Source of the DNA: Alphaproteobacteria bacterium
GTDB lineage: Bacteria; Pseudomonadota; Alphaproteobacteria; UBA828
Length of the DNA stretch: 64,000 nucleotides
NCBI GenBank assembly: GCA_963422645.2
Contig: CAXXVO010000007.1
Coordinates: 704,001-768,000, forward strand
Direction of reading: 5' to 3'
Position numbers and translations under genes: made by a program. Positions 20,580 through 29,608 of the stretch are shown here, piece by piece. Every line of letters starts with the position of its first letter. The first letter of the stretch is position 1. A model generated the notes under the pieces. That model had not been told where the DNA came from and searched no databases. It was given only the letters and a program-made list of their open reading frames with translations.

Positions 20580-20748
20580 CCGCGCACCCTCCTCACCCTA
20601 GTCCTCGGCTTAATCAGTTCCCTCAGGCGCCGGGCGCTCACTCCGTTCGCTTGGCTACGCGCCATGTGGCGCGGCGCGCGGTTCCGCGCTCCGGCCCGCT
20701 TCGCGGCCCGGCCTCACCATGGGTCTAGACTTGGGTGGCGGTGCCGCG
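20580..20748. repeat. REP-like palindromic intergenic element
   Basis: Between convergent genes; outer arms CACCCTAGTC / GACTTGGGTG (9/10) with several internal GC hairpins. Confidence 0.35.
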
Positions 20749-21780
20749 TCAGGTGACGGGCTTCCAGTCCCCCGCCGGCTTGAGCTTCTTGGCTTCGGGG
20801 ATCACCTCGGCGCCGAAGCGCTCGATCTGGTCGAGCTGCTCGGAAAGCGCGCCGGAGGGGCAGTCCAGCATGCAGACCGCCATCGAGAAGCCGGCGTCGG
20901 CGAACGCCGCGAGGTCCTCGAGAATCTGTTCAGCAGTACCGGTGCAGGTGAGGCGGGGATCGGCCTGTGCGGCCGGGTCGCCGGCGTCGGTGATGCGCGC
21001 GGTGGCGGCGCAGAGCATCAGGAAGTCGGAGGGGCTCCGGCCCTGCGCCGCAAGCTCGCGGCGCACTTCGTCCTGGAGGAGGGCAAAGCGACCGGCCTCG
21101 ACGTGAGAGTCGAGGAAGAGCGGATAGAGGCCGTCGCAGAAGCGTGCCGCACGCCTCGCGCCCCGGATCGTGTTGCCGCCGAAGACGATCGGCGGGTGCG
21201 GGTTCTGTTGCGCCGGCTTCGGGTCCTGGGAGACGTCCGTGAAGCTGTAGTAGTTGCCCTCGAAGGTGGCGAGGTCGCCGGTCCAGGAGGCCTTGTAGAT
21301 CTGGATGCACTCCTCTGTCCGCCGGTTGCGCTCCTCGTAGTCGATGCCGACGGCGTCGAACTCCTCGACCATCCAGCCGACTCCGACGCCCAGCATGAGC
21401 CGGCCGCCCGAGAGCTGATCGACGGTCATGAACTGGCGCGCGTCCGAGAGGGGGTGGCGATAGGGCGCGATGAGAACGCTGGTGGCGAGCTTGAGTGTCG
21501 TGGTCTGCACCGCGACGGCGCCCATGACGACGGCGGCGTCCAGCATGTTGTGGCGGCGCTGGTAGGCGCGCTGGCCGGACACGTTCGCGGTGTGGAAGCT
21601 CTCGGAAGCGTAGGGCATGCAGACATGGTCGGGATACCAGATCGAGTGAATGCCCGCTCGCTCGGCGGTTAGCGCCACCCGGATCGGGTCCATCTGCTCC
21701 ACCGGCGTGTGGTGGAGGAACATGTTCACGTCGTCGCGGTAGGATTGACCGTGGGTGTTACCGTAAAGCCCGACTTCCAT
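20749..21780 (-). CDS. LLM-class (flavin- or F420-dependent) oxidoreductase
   Basis: SIWYPDHV, TSVLIAPYRHP, GVGVGWMVEEF, PKPAQ. Confidence 0.85.
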   Translation of the reverse strand: MEVGLYGNTHGQSYRDDVNMFLHHTPVEQMDPIRVALTAERAGIHSIWYPDHVCMPYASESFHTANVSGQRAYQRRHNMLDAAVVMGAVAVQTTTLKLATSVLIAPYRHPLSDARQFMTVDQLSGGRLMLGVGVGWMVEEFDAVGIDYEERNRRTEECIQIYKASWTGDLATFEGNYYSFTDVSQDPKPAQQNPHPPIVFGGNTIRGARRAARFCDGLYPLFLDSHVEAGRFALLQDEVRRELAAQGRSPSDFLMLCAATARITDAGDPAAQADPRLTCTGTAEQILEDLAAFADAGFSMAVCMLDCPSGALSEQLDQIERFGAEVIPEAKKLKPAGDWKPVT

Positions 21781-21915
21781 GATGCTTCCCCTTTCATCCG
21801 CCCGGTTTCCGGCGCGGCGCGATTATGCCGCCGGCGCGGCCTGCCTGGAAGCATCGTCGCAAAGGTCGGCCAGTGGGCGAGAGCGTGCAGCCAGGACCGT
21901 CGTTAGAAGTCCGCT

Positions 21916-23377
21916 TCAGACGCGCGGCAATGCCCTGTCTTCATGCGGATAGGGGCTGAAATCCTCTTCGAGCTTCGACAGCAGGAAAAATATGTCTTCG
22001 GCCGTATTGGTGACGAGAACGACGTTCAATAGGTCAGTCTTGTCCAATTTCAGATCCGATTCCATGTATTTGCCGCGCAATCTGCGCATGATCTCGCCGC
22101 GGTCGCCCGACAACGCGTTCGCGATATCCCAGGACGTCTCGTCATCGCTCTCCATCGCGTGGTCCAGGGCGAGGAACACGCTGTCCACGCCCTCACACAT
22201 GCTCTCCCGAAACTGCTTCAACTCCGGTCGGTCGCCGATGTCGAGAAGCGCACCGCACATGACCGACCCGGAGTCCGCCAGCCACGTGAGCATCTTCTGA
22301 CGGCTGAGCAGCGCATTGCGATCCTCGACTGCCTGCATGGGATGAAGCGGTTGCAAGTCCGTCAGGAACTCCTCGATTTCGGTCATCAGGGTGCGCGACG
22401 CATCCCGGAGCGGGCGTACGTCCTCGCCCTCCCGAACGAGCTCGAAATACCGAATTTGCATCCTGAACGCGCGCCGCTGCTCCAGGTCGGCCAGCGCCAG
22501 CGATGTTTCGACATCGACCGTCGCATGACCGTGGATGAACTGCGCGCGCGACAGCTCGTCGATTTCCGATGCGGGCCACAGCCTCTCGAGGATGCGGGTC
22601 GATGGGCCCAGGACGGCGAGCATGATCGGCACCGGGACCACGGCCGTGATGACATAGACGAGGGCCAGTCGCTGGGGCAGGTCGAAGCCGGTCGCATCGA
22701 TCACCGCCTTGATCGACGGGACGCCCAAATGGATTTCGGCGTAGAGCAGCGGGATGACCGCTGCGCAGATCAGCGCATTGACGATCACCATGTACATGAC
22801 GACCTGGCGCGAACGCCCGGTCAGGTTGGCCGACAGCACGGCGAGGATCGCGCCTGAGCCTATGTAGCTCCCGTAGATGGTCATGATGGCCTGATCGACG
22901 GAGATTATGCCGACCGTCGCCAGGCTAATGCCGAAAACGGAGACTGCACCCGAGGACTGCACTATGAAGGTCAACACGGCCGCGACGACGAACGCGAGAA
23001 CGAGCGACTGCCCGGTTCCCTCCACCATCTCCCGGAACCAGGGCTCCTCGGCCAGCGGCGCCGCCGCCTCCCTGAGGAGCATCAGGCCGAGGATGATCAT
23101 GGCCCCGCCCAGGAACGACCCGGCGATGGCCCGGTACCGCGCCAGCCTCTCGCTGGCCACCACCGCGCCCGCAAGGCCGATGACATAGAGTGCGGCCACC
23201 TTGATGTCGAAGGTGACGATCATGACGAGGCCCGTCACGCCGATGTACCCGCCCAGGATCATCGCCAGGGCGCCGCTCATGGTGGTGAGCCGCGAGCGCA
23301 GGATGCTGACCACGATGAAGGTCAGCGCGGTCATGCTCTGGGTGATGCCGCCGCCGAGCGTTCCCCAAAGGAGCGCC
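21916..23377 (-). pseudogene. Na/Pi cotransporter family gene, 5'-truncated by the serine-recombinase element
   Basis: Two repeat motifs GITQSMTA and FIVQSSGA plus a PhoU-like tail; the frame continues upstream of Met 23334 (ALLWGTLGGG) and breaks at the element's inverted repeat. Confidence 0.75.
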
Positions 23378-23487
23378 GATGACGCCCTGAACGCAAAAGG
23401 TAACTTCCGCTTCGAACGTCAGATTGTGGAATGGCGAGACCGTCCCTTGACTGACTTGCGCCGCAAACGGTAATATTCTTATGGCAA

Positions 23488-23817
23488 ATGATCCGGTCAA
23501 CAAGATCCCAGAAGGTCGAGCGGCTCAATGCCGCCTACACGCTGCTCGCCCAGGGCGCCACGGCGAGCGAAGCCGTGGCACGGCTGTCGCAGCGCTTCGG
23601 GCTGTCGCAGCGTCAGTCCTATCGCTACGTCCAGGACGCGCGCGCCATGGGCCAGCCGGCCGAGCCGACCGAAGAGCTGATCCCGATCACCATCAAGATT
23701 CCAGGCACTCTGGCGGAGACCTTGCGAGCCCACGCCAGGAGCAGCGGCCACTCCATCGGGGAGATCGTCGCGCGGGCGCTGAGACGCTTTTTATCGGACG
23801 CGGATCGGCATGGCTGA
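23488..23817 (+). CDS. Small DNA-binding protein (HTH plus RHH/CopG-like) of the recombinase element
   Basis: RFGLSQRQSYRYV helix-turn-helix-like and ITIKIP...SIGEIVARAL RHH-like segments. Confidence 0.65.
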   Translation: MIRSTRSQKVERLNAAYTLLAQGATASEAVARLSQRFGLSQRQSYRYVQDARAMGQPAEPTEELIPITIKIPGTLAETLRAHARSSGHSIGEIVARALRRFLSDADRHG

Positions 23818-24037
23818 ACGTCGCTTGGGCGCTCGGCCCACGGTTCACCTCGCTTATGCCTTCGATCGTCTGCTCGACGCCAAACTCCACAACGCCTACG
23901 CGATCCTGGTGCCCGATCAAACTCACAAAACAGTCATGGTCCCCGCGGTTCTGAGCCACCCCGTGGCATGAAACAGGAGCGGTTCGGCTGACGTTTTCCT
24001 TGCGCTTGCACCCATTTGCCGTGTCAGGATGGGTATT

Positions 24038-24220
24038 GGCGGAGGTGGGGACGTGTGAGCGTCGTTATATCGGTGACGTAGTTCCCGATGACAAAACTGC
24101 TTCCGGCGGCCGGCTCCGCACCCCGTATTGTACCCGGCCCGTGGCCGTGGACGCGCGGCAAATTGCACCGCACCCGCTCGTCGGATGCGTGTTCTTCCGA
24201 CCGCTGTCCCCGCCTCCACC
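24038..24220 (+). ncRNA. Putative bridge/seek RNA of IS110 copy 1
   Basis: Closing stem GGCGGAGGTGGGGAC (24038-24052) / GTCCCCGCCTCCACC (24206-24220); internal CGCGGCAAA (24154-24162) matches donor junction CACGGCAAA 8/9; GATGACAAA (24087-24095) matches target ACTCACAAA 6/9. Confidence 0.6.
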
Positions 24221-24282
24221 GTGGCGATGCCACGGCGTGATCGTACGCCGCCGTGGCGAGAGCGCAAATGAGGAGGAAGGCG

Positions 24283-25533
24283 ATGAAGACGGAAGGCTTG
24301 CACGTCGTCCGGCCGCGCGCGGCGGGTCTGGACGTGCACAAGATGGAGATCACCGCGACGGTTCGCCTCTGTGAGGGCGAGGGTGAGCCGGTGGTGGAGA
24401 CGCGCTGCTTCGGCACGCTGCCGAGCGGTCTGGAGGAGATGGTCGCGTGGCTGACCGGTCACGGCGTCGAGGCTGCGGTGATGGAAGGGACCGGGGTCTA
24501 CTGGCAGGCGCCCTTCGCGGCCCTGGAGGCGGCCGGGCTCGAGGCGATCCTGGTGCATGCGCGTCAGGTGAAGCAGTTGAAGGGGCGCAAGACCGACGTG
24601 GCGGACAGCGTGTGGCTGGCCTGCGTGTGCCAGTTCGGGCTCTGCACGCCTTCCCACGTTCCGCCTGAGCCGTTCCGGGAGCTGCGCGCACTGAGCCGCC
24701 AGCGCCGCGTCCTGGTCAGGCAGCGCTCCGCCGTGCGCAACCGCGTGCAGAAGATCATCGACCGCGCCGGTGCGCGCATCGGCGGCATCCTCTCCGACGT
24801 CTTCGGCGTCAACGGCCGGAAGATCCTCGACGGCCTGGCGCAGGGGACGGCGCGCGAGGTCATCCTCGCCTCGCTCACCAGCCACGTTGCGAACAAGCTG
24901 GAGGGGCTCGGCGAGGCGCTCACCCTGAGCCTGGGCGACAACGACCGCTTCATGCTCAACGACCTGCTGGAGGAGCATGACGCGCTTGAGGCGCGCATCG
25001 CGTCCTACACCAGGAAGATCGACGGGCAGATGACACCGTGGGAGGAGCAGCTCCGTCTGCTGACCACCATCCCCGGCATCGACCGCACCGCCGCCTCGAC
25101 CATCCTCATCGAGATCGGCCCCGACATCGGCGTGTTCGCCTCCAAGGAGCACTTCGCCGCCTGGGCCGGGCTCTGCCCCGGCAACAACGAGAGCGGGGGC
25201 AAGCGCCGCAACGCACGCACCCGCATGGGCTCCAAGACCCTGCGCGCCTGCCTCGTCGAGTGTGCCCACGGCGCGGCCCGAACCAAGGGGTGCCAGTTCG
25301 AGGCTCATCACCGCGCCCTCGCCGCCCGGCGCGGCTACAAGCGCGCCATCGTCGCCGGCGCTCACAAGATGCTGCGCATCATCTATGTGGTGCTCAAGAC
25401 CGGCAGGCCCTACTACGACCGCACGGCCGACTACGACGCTCTGATGGTCAAGCGCAACGCTCCTCGGTGGATCCGCATGCTCCGCCGCTACGGCTACATC
25501 GAGCCCGTAGGCGCGGAACTCAAGGCCGCCTGA
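24283..25533 (+). CDS. IS110-family transposase/recombinase
   Basis: RuvC-like DEDD residues (GLDVHK, MEGTG, KTDVAD), IPGI, GNNESGG serine motif; AGGAGG RBS. Confidence 0.96.
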   Translation: MKTEGLHVVRPRAAGLDVHKMEITATVRLCEGEGEPVVETRCFGTLPSGLEEMVAWLTGHGVEAAVMEGTGVYWQAPFAALEAAGLEAILVHARQVKQLKGRKTDVADSVWLACVCQFGLCTPSHVPPEPFRELRALSRQRRVLVRQRSAVRNRVQKIIDRAGARIGGILSDVFGVNGRKILDGLAQGTAREVILASLTSHVANKLEGLGEALTLSLGDNDRFMLNDLLEEHDALEARIASYTRKIDGQMTPWEEQLRLLTTIPGIDRTAASTILIEIGPDIGVFASKEHFAAWAGLCPGNNESGGKRRNARTRMGSKTLRACLVECAHGAARTKGCQFEAHHRALAARRGYKRAIVAGAHKMLRIIYVVLKTGRPYYDRTADYDALMVKRNAPRWIRMLRRYGYIEPVGAELKAA

Positions 25534-25806
25534 GCGGCCCGCATCTCGTCAGCCGGCTACGCGGGACCGCTTCGGACCACATCGGGGAAGTCCACCGCTC
25601 GTCTCCGCCGCGCCGACCCTGGCGGTCTCAGCCAACGCCGTGACCTCGGGGTTGGAGCGTCACCGCGCGTCCCTCGCCAGAATCTGTTTCACGGCAAAAC
25701 AGTCATGGTCCCCGCGGTTCTGAGCCACCCCGTGGCATGAAACAGGAGCGGTTCGGCTGACGTTTTCCTTGCGCTTGCACCCATTTGCCGTGTCAGGATG
25801 GGTATT

Positions 25807-25989
25807 GGCGGAGGTGGGGACGTGTGAGCGTCGTTATATCGGTGACGTAGTTCCCGATGACAAAACTGCTTCCGGCGGCCGGCTCCGCACCCCGTATTGT
25901 ACCCGGCCCGTGGCCGTGGACGCGCGGCAAATTGCACCGCACCCGCTCGTCGGATGCGTGTTCTTCCGACCGCTGTCCCCGCCTCCACC
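25807..25989 (+). ncRNA. Putative bridge/seek RNA of IS110 copy 2
   Basis: Same sequence as 24038-24220. Confidence 0.6.
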
Positions 25990-26051
25990 GTGGCGATGCC
26001 ACGGCGTGATCGTACGCCGCCGTGGCGAGAGCGCAAATGAGGAGGAAGGCG

Positions 26052-27302
26052 ATGAAGACGGAAGGCTTGCACGTCGTCCGGCCGCGCGCGGCGGGTCTGG
26101 ACGTGCACAAGATGGAGATCACCGCGACGGTTCGCCTCTGTGAGGGCGAGGGTGAGCCGGTGGTGGAGACGCGCTGCTTCGGCACGCTGCCGAGCGGTCT
26201 GGAGGAGATGGTCGCGTGGCTGACCGGTCACGGCGTCGAGGCTGCGGTGATGGAAGGGACCGGGGTCTACTGGCAGGCGCCCTTCGCGGCCCTGGAGGCG
26301 GCCGGGCTCGAGGCGATCCTGGTGCATGCGCGTCAGGTGAAGCAGTTGAAGGGGCGCAAGACCGACGTGGCGGACAGCGTGTGGCTGGCCTGCGTGTGCC
26401 AGTTCGGGCTCTGCACGCCTTCCCACGTTCCGCCTGAGCCGTTCCGGGAGCTGCGCGCACTGAGCCGCCAGCGCCGCGTCCTGGTCAGGCAGCGCTCCGC
26501 CGTGCGCAACCGCGTGCAGAAGATCATCGACCGCGCCGGTGCGCGCATCGGCGGCATCCTCTCCGACGTCTTCGGCGTCAACGGCCGGAAGATCCTCGAC
26601 GGCCTGGCGCAGGGGACGGCGCGCGAGGTCATCCTCGCCTCGCTCACCAGCCACGTTGCGAACAAGCTGGAGGGGCTCGGCGAGGCGCTCACCCTGAGCC
26701 TGGGCGACAACGACCGCTTCATGCTCAACGACCTGCTGGAGGAGCATGACGCGCTTGAGGCGCGCATCGCGTCCTACACCAGGAAGATCGACGGGCAGAT
26801 GACACCGTGGGAGGAGCAGCTCCGTCTGCTGACCACCATCCCCGGCATCGACCGCACCGCCGCCTCGACCATCCTCATCGAGATCGGCCCCGACATCGGC
26901 GTGTTCGCCTCCAAGGAGCACTTCGCCGCCTGGGCCGGGCTCTGCCCCGGCAACAACGAGAGCGGGGGCAAGCGCCGCAACGCACGCACCCGCATGGGCT
27001 CCAAGACCCTGCGCGCCTGCCTCGTCGAGTGTGCCCACGGCGCGGCCCGAACCAAGGGGTGCCAGTTCGAGGCTCATCACCGCGCCCTCGCCGCCCGGCG
27101 CGGCTACAAGCGCGCCATCGTCGCCGGCGCTCACAAGATGCTGCGCATCATCTATGTGGTGCTCAAGACCGGCAGGCCCTACTACGACCGCACGGCCGAC
27201 TACGACGCTCTGATGGTCAAGCGCAACGCTCCTCGGTGGATCCGCATGCTCCGCCGCTACGGCTACATCGAGCCCGTAGGCGCGGAACTCAAGGCCGCCT
27301 GA
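26052..27302 (+). CDS. IS110-family transposase/recombinase, copy 2
   Basis: Translation identical to copy 1. Confidence 0.96.
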   Translation: MKTEGLHVVRPRAAGLDVHKMEITATVRLCEGEGEPVVETRCFGTLPSGLEEMVAWLTGHGVEAAVMEGTGVYWQAPFAALEAAGLEAILVHARQVKQLKGRKTDVADSVWLACVCQFGLCTPSHVPPEPFRELRALSRQRRVLVRQRSAVRNRVQKIIDRAGARIGGILSDVFGVNGRKILDGLAQGTAREVILASLTSHVANKLEGLGEALTLSLGDNDRFMLNDLLEEHDALEARIASYTRKIDGQMTPWEEQLRLLTTIPGIDRTAASTILIEIGPDIGVFASKEHFAAWAGLCPGNNESGGKRRNARTRMGSKTLRACLVECAHGAARTKGCQFEAHHRALAARRGYKRAIVAGAHKMLRIIYVVLKTGRPYYDRTADYDALMVKRNAPRWIRMLRRYGYIEPVGAELKAA

Positions 27303-27500
27303 GCGGCCCGCATCTCGTCAGCCGGCTACGCGGGACCGCTTCGGACCACATCGGGGAAGTCCACCGCTCGTCTCCGCCGCGCCGACCCTGGCGGTCTCAG
27401 CCAACGCCGTGACCTCGGGGTTGGAGCGTCACCGCGCGTCCCTCGCCAGAATCTGTTTCACGGCAAATCCCGGTCCGAGCGCAGGACATAGGAGACGACC

Positions 27501-29489
27501 ATGAAGATCGCAGCCATTTACGCGCGGGTCTCCGGCGAGCGGCAGAGAGATGACAACACGATAGCGAGCCAGACCGAGGCCCTGATCGCCTACGCCGAGG
27601 ACCACGGTTACAGCGTCGCGCCCGACATGATCATTGAAGATGACGGCTATACCGGCGCCGTTCTCGAACGCCCGGGGCTCGAGCGGGTCAGGGATCTCGC
27701 CGCGGAAGGGCGCATCGACACGGTGCTGGTCCATGCCCCGGACCGTATGAGCCGGCGCTATGCCTACCAGGTTCTGATCATCGAGGAGCTGGCCCGTCAG
27801 GGCGTCGAGACCGTGTTCTTGAGAGCGCCGTCGATGGAAACCCCGGAAGATCATCTGCTCGTCCAGTTCCAGGGCATGATTGCGGAATACGAGCGCGCGC
27901 AAATCCTGGAGCGTTCCCGGCGCGGCAAGCGACATCGGGCGCGACGCGGCGAAATCGCCGTCCTCGGCGGCGCGCCCTATGGCTACCGCTACCACAAGAA
28001 AACCCCGGACAGCGATGCGTTCTACGAAATCGTCGAGCCGCAGGCGTCGGTGGTTCGCGAGGTTTACCGCTGCTACACCTGCGATCACATGAGCATCGGC
28101 GCGATCACCTGCAGGCTCAATGAGCGCGCGGTACCCACCTCCACCGGGCGCTCGCGCTGGGAACGCTCGACGGTGTGGGCGATGCTCCGCAATCCGGCGT
28201 ACAAGGGGAAAGCCTGTTTCGGCAAGACCCGCCAGATGCCGCGTAAATGTGTGACACGTCCTCTGCGCCTGCGCCGCGGCGTGGCCAGCGGCACGACCGG
28301 CGGTCACGAAAAACCGCGTGAGGAGTGGATCGAGATCCCGGTGCCGGCGATCGTCAGCGAAGAGACCTTCGCCCTGGCCGAAGAGCGGCTGGAGATGAAC
28401 AAGATCCACGCGCCGCGTCGCACGAAGACGCCCAGCGTGCTCCAGGGACTGGTCTCGTGCGGCAAATGCGGCTACGCGCTGTCTCGCACATCGGCCCAGA
28501 CGAGTGCCCGCAAGATCTCCTATTATCGCTGCCTGGGTTCTGACTCTTGGCGCCATCTCAACGGACCGGTGTGCGACAGTCGGCCGGTGCGCCAGGACTT
28601 GCTCGATGACGTCGTCTGGGGCGAAGTGGTCCGCCTGCTCGAGGATCCAGCACTGATCGGCGCCGAGATCGACCGGCGACTACAGGCGGCCCGCGCTTCC
28701 GATCCAAACCAGCAGCGCGAGAACGACCTGCGGCACCGTCTGATCCGGGTCCGAAAAAGCATCGACCGCCTGGTCAACGCCTATCAGGAGGAGTTGATTA
28801 CAATCGATGAACTGCGCGACAGAACGTCCGAGCTCCGTCGTCAGGATCAGGCTCTGAATCGCGAACTGCAATCCACCGTCGATCGGGCGAAGGATCGCGA
28901 GACCTATCTCCGGCTCGCCGAGACGCTGACCGGCTTTCTGGCGCGGCTGCACTCGTCCGCCGAAACCCTGGACATCGCCGAACGGCAGCGCATCGTCCGG
29001 CTCATCGTGAAGGAGGTGTTGGTCACCGAGGACAAAATCACCATTCGCCATTCAATCCCAATCTCGGGATCGCCAGGCGGCGGTCCAGACCCGTCGAAAC
29101 CCGGCAACCACAGCACCGAAGGCGAAGGTTGCCTTTTGCGTTCAGGGCGTCATCACCGACCCTTGCGGCGTTCCCCGCAGGTTGTCCCGCCACTCTCCAG
29201 CCTCCATGACGCCGGCGCTCAACCACTTGATGATCAGCCTGATAACCCGCTTGTCCCCGATCCGGTGCTCAAGAAACCGGACCAGCCAGTCCCTCGAAAC
29301 CGTGTCGAAGAATTTGCGGATGTCACAATCGACCACCCAGTTAATCTTGCGCTGTCTAATGCCGACCGCGAGCGCATCGAGCGCATTATGCGCCCCACGC
29401 CCGGGCCGGAACCCGTAGCTGAACCCCAGGAACTCCGCCTCGTAAATCGGCGTCAGGATGTAACTACCCAGGTACCCCGCGAGCTCTGA
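27501..29489 (+). CDS. Large serine recombinase (resolvase, recombinase, zinc-ribbon and coiled-coil domains)
   Basis: YARVS catalytic Ser, DRMSR, ERSRRGK, APYGY, CGKCG...YYRC; genuine protein ends near CLLRSGR (~29150), the rest is read-through into flanking DNA. Confidence 0.92.
   Translation: MKIAAIYARVSGERQRDDNTIASQTEALIAYAEDHGYSVAPDMIIEDDGYTGAVLERPGLERVRDLAAEGRIDTVLVHAPDRMSRRYAYQVLIIEELARQGVETVFLRAPSMETPEDHLLVQFQGMIAEYERAQILERSRRGKRHRARRGEIAVLGGAPYGYRYHKKTPDSDAFYEIVEPQASVVREVYRCYTCDHMSIGAITCRLNERAVPTSTGRSRWERSTVWAMLRNPAYKGKACFGKTRQMPRKCVTRPLRLRRGVASGTTGGHEKPREEWIEIPVPAIVSEETFALAEERLEMNKIHAPRRTKTPSVLQGLVSCGKCGYALSRTSAQTSARKISYYRCLGSDSWRHLNGPVCDSRPVRQDLLDDVVWGEVVRLLEDPALIGAEIDRRLQAARASDPNQQRENDLRHRLIRVRKSIDRLVNAYQEELITIDELRDRTSELRRQDQALNRELQSTVDRAKDRETYLRLAETLTGFLARLHSSAETLDIAERQRIVRLIVKEVLVTEDKITIRHSIPISGSPGGGPDPSKPGNHSTEGEGCLLRSGRHHRPLRRSPQVVPPLSSLHDAGAQPLDDQPDNPLVPDPVLKKPDQPVPRNRVEEFADVTIDHPVNLALSNADRERIERIMRPTPGPEPVAEPQELRLVNRRQDVTTQVPREL
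29155..29459 (-). pseudogene. Group II intron reverse transcriptase, fragment 3 (RT2a-RT4), 3'-truncated
   Basis: LTPIYEAEFLGFSYGFRPGRGAHNAL...VVDCDIRKFFD...GTPQGSV; stops at the recombinase element IR. Confidence 0.9.
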
Positions 29490-29608
29490 GTGCGTGCTGA
29501 TTTTGGTCGCCGTCGGCGCCGTTTCGCCGTCGGCGCGTCGCTGATCCCCGCTTGACTGTATAGGTTCTCTCGCCTATGGGTTGCACTCTCGCATGAGAGG
29601 AGCAGCCG

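Larger units (their letters stand above)
23930..25698 (+). mobile_element. IS110-family element, copy 1 (1769 bp)
   Basis: Bounded by shared core CAAA at 23926-23929 and 25695-25698; no long terminal IR; ~350-bp upstream non-coding end. Confidence 0.92.
25699..27467 (+). mobile_element. IS110-family element, copy 2 (direct tandem repeat)
   Basis: Appears identical to copy 1 with period 1769; core CAAA at 27464-27467. Confidence 0.92.
23810..27491 (+). pseudogene. 47-aa accessory ORF split by the IS110 dimer
   Basis: Joining 23810-23929 to 27468-27491 gives MAERRLGARPTVHLAYAFDRLLDAKLHNAYAILVPDQTHKSRSERRT*, ending at the recombinase RBS. Confidence 0.55.
23378..29154 (+). mobile_element. Large serine recombinase element with terminal inverted repeats (about 2.2 kb without the IS110 dimer)
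   Basis: Perfect 23-bp IR GATGACGCCCTGAACGCAAAAGG at 23378-23400 and 29132-29154, imperfectly extending to ~37 bp; encloses two small ORFs and the recombinase; exact crossover uncertain by ~5 bp. Confidence 0.8.

Noticed and set aside
25681-25712. Sigma70 promoter formed across the IS110 junction
   Set aside because: Expected by analogy with IS621, but no convincing -35/-10 pair with correct spacing could be identified by eye.
29155-29489. C-terminal 110 aa of the recombinase ORF as a novel domain
   Set aside because: It is the antisense of the intron RT fragment plus the IS66 end, i.e. read-through.
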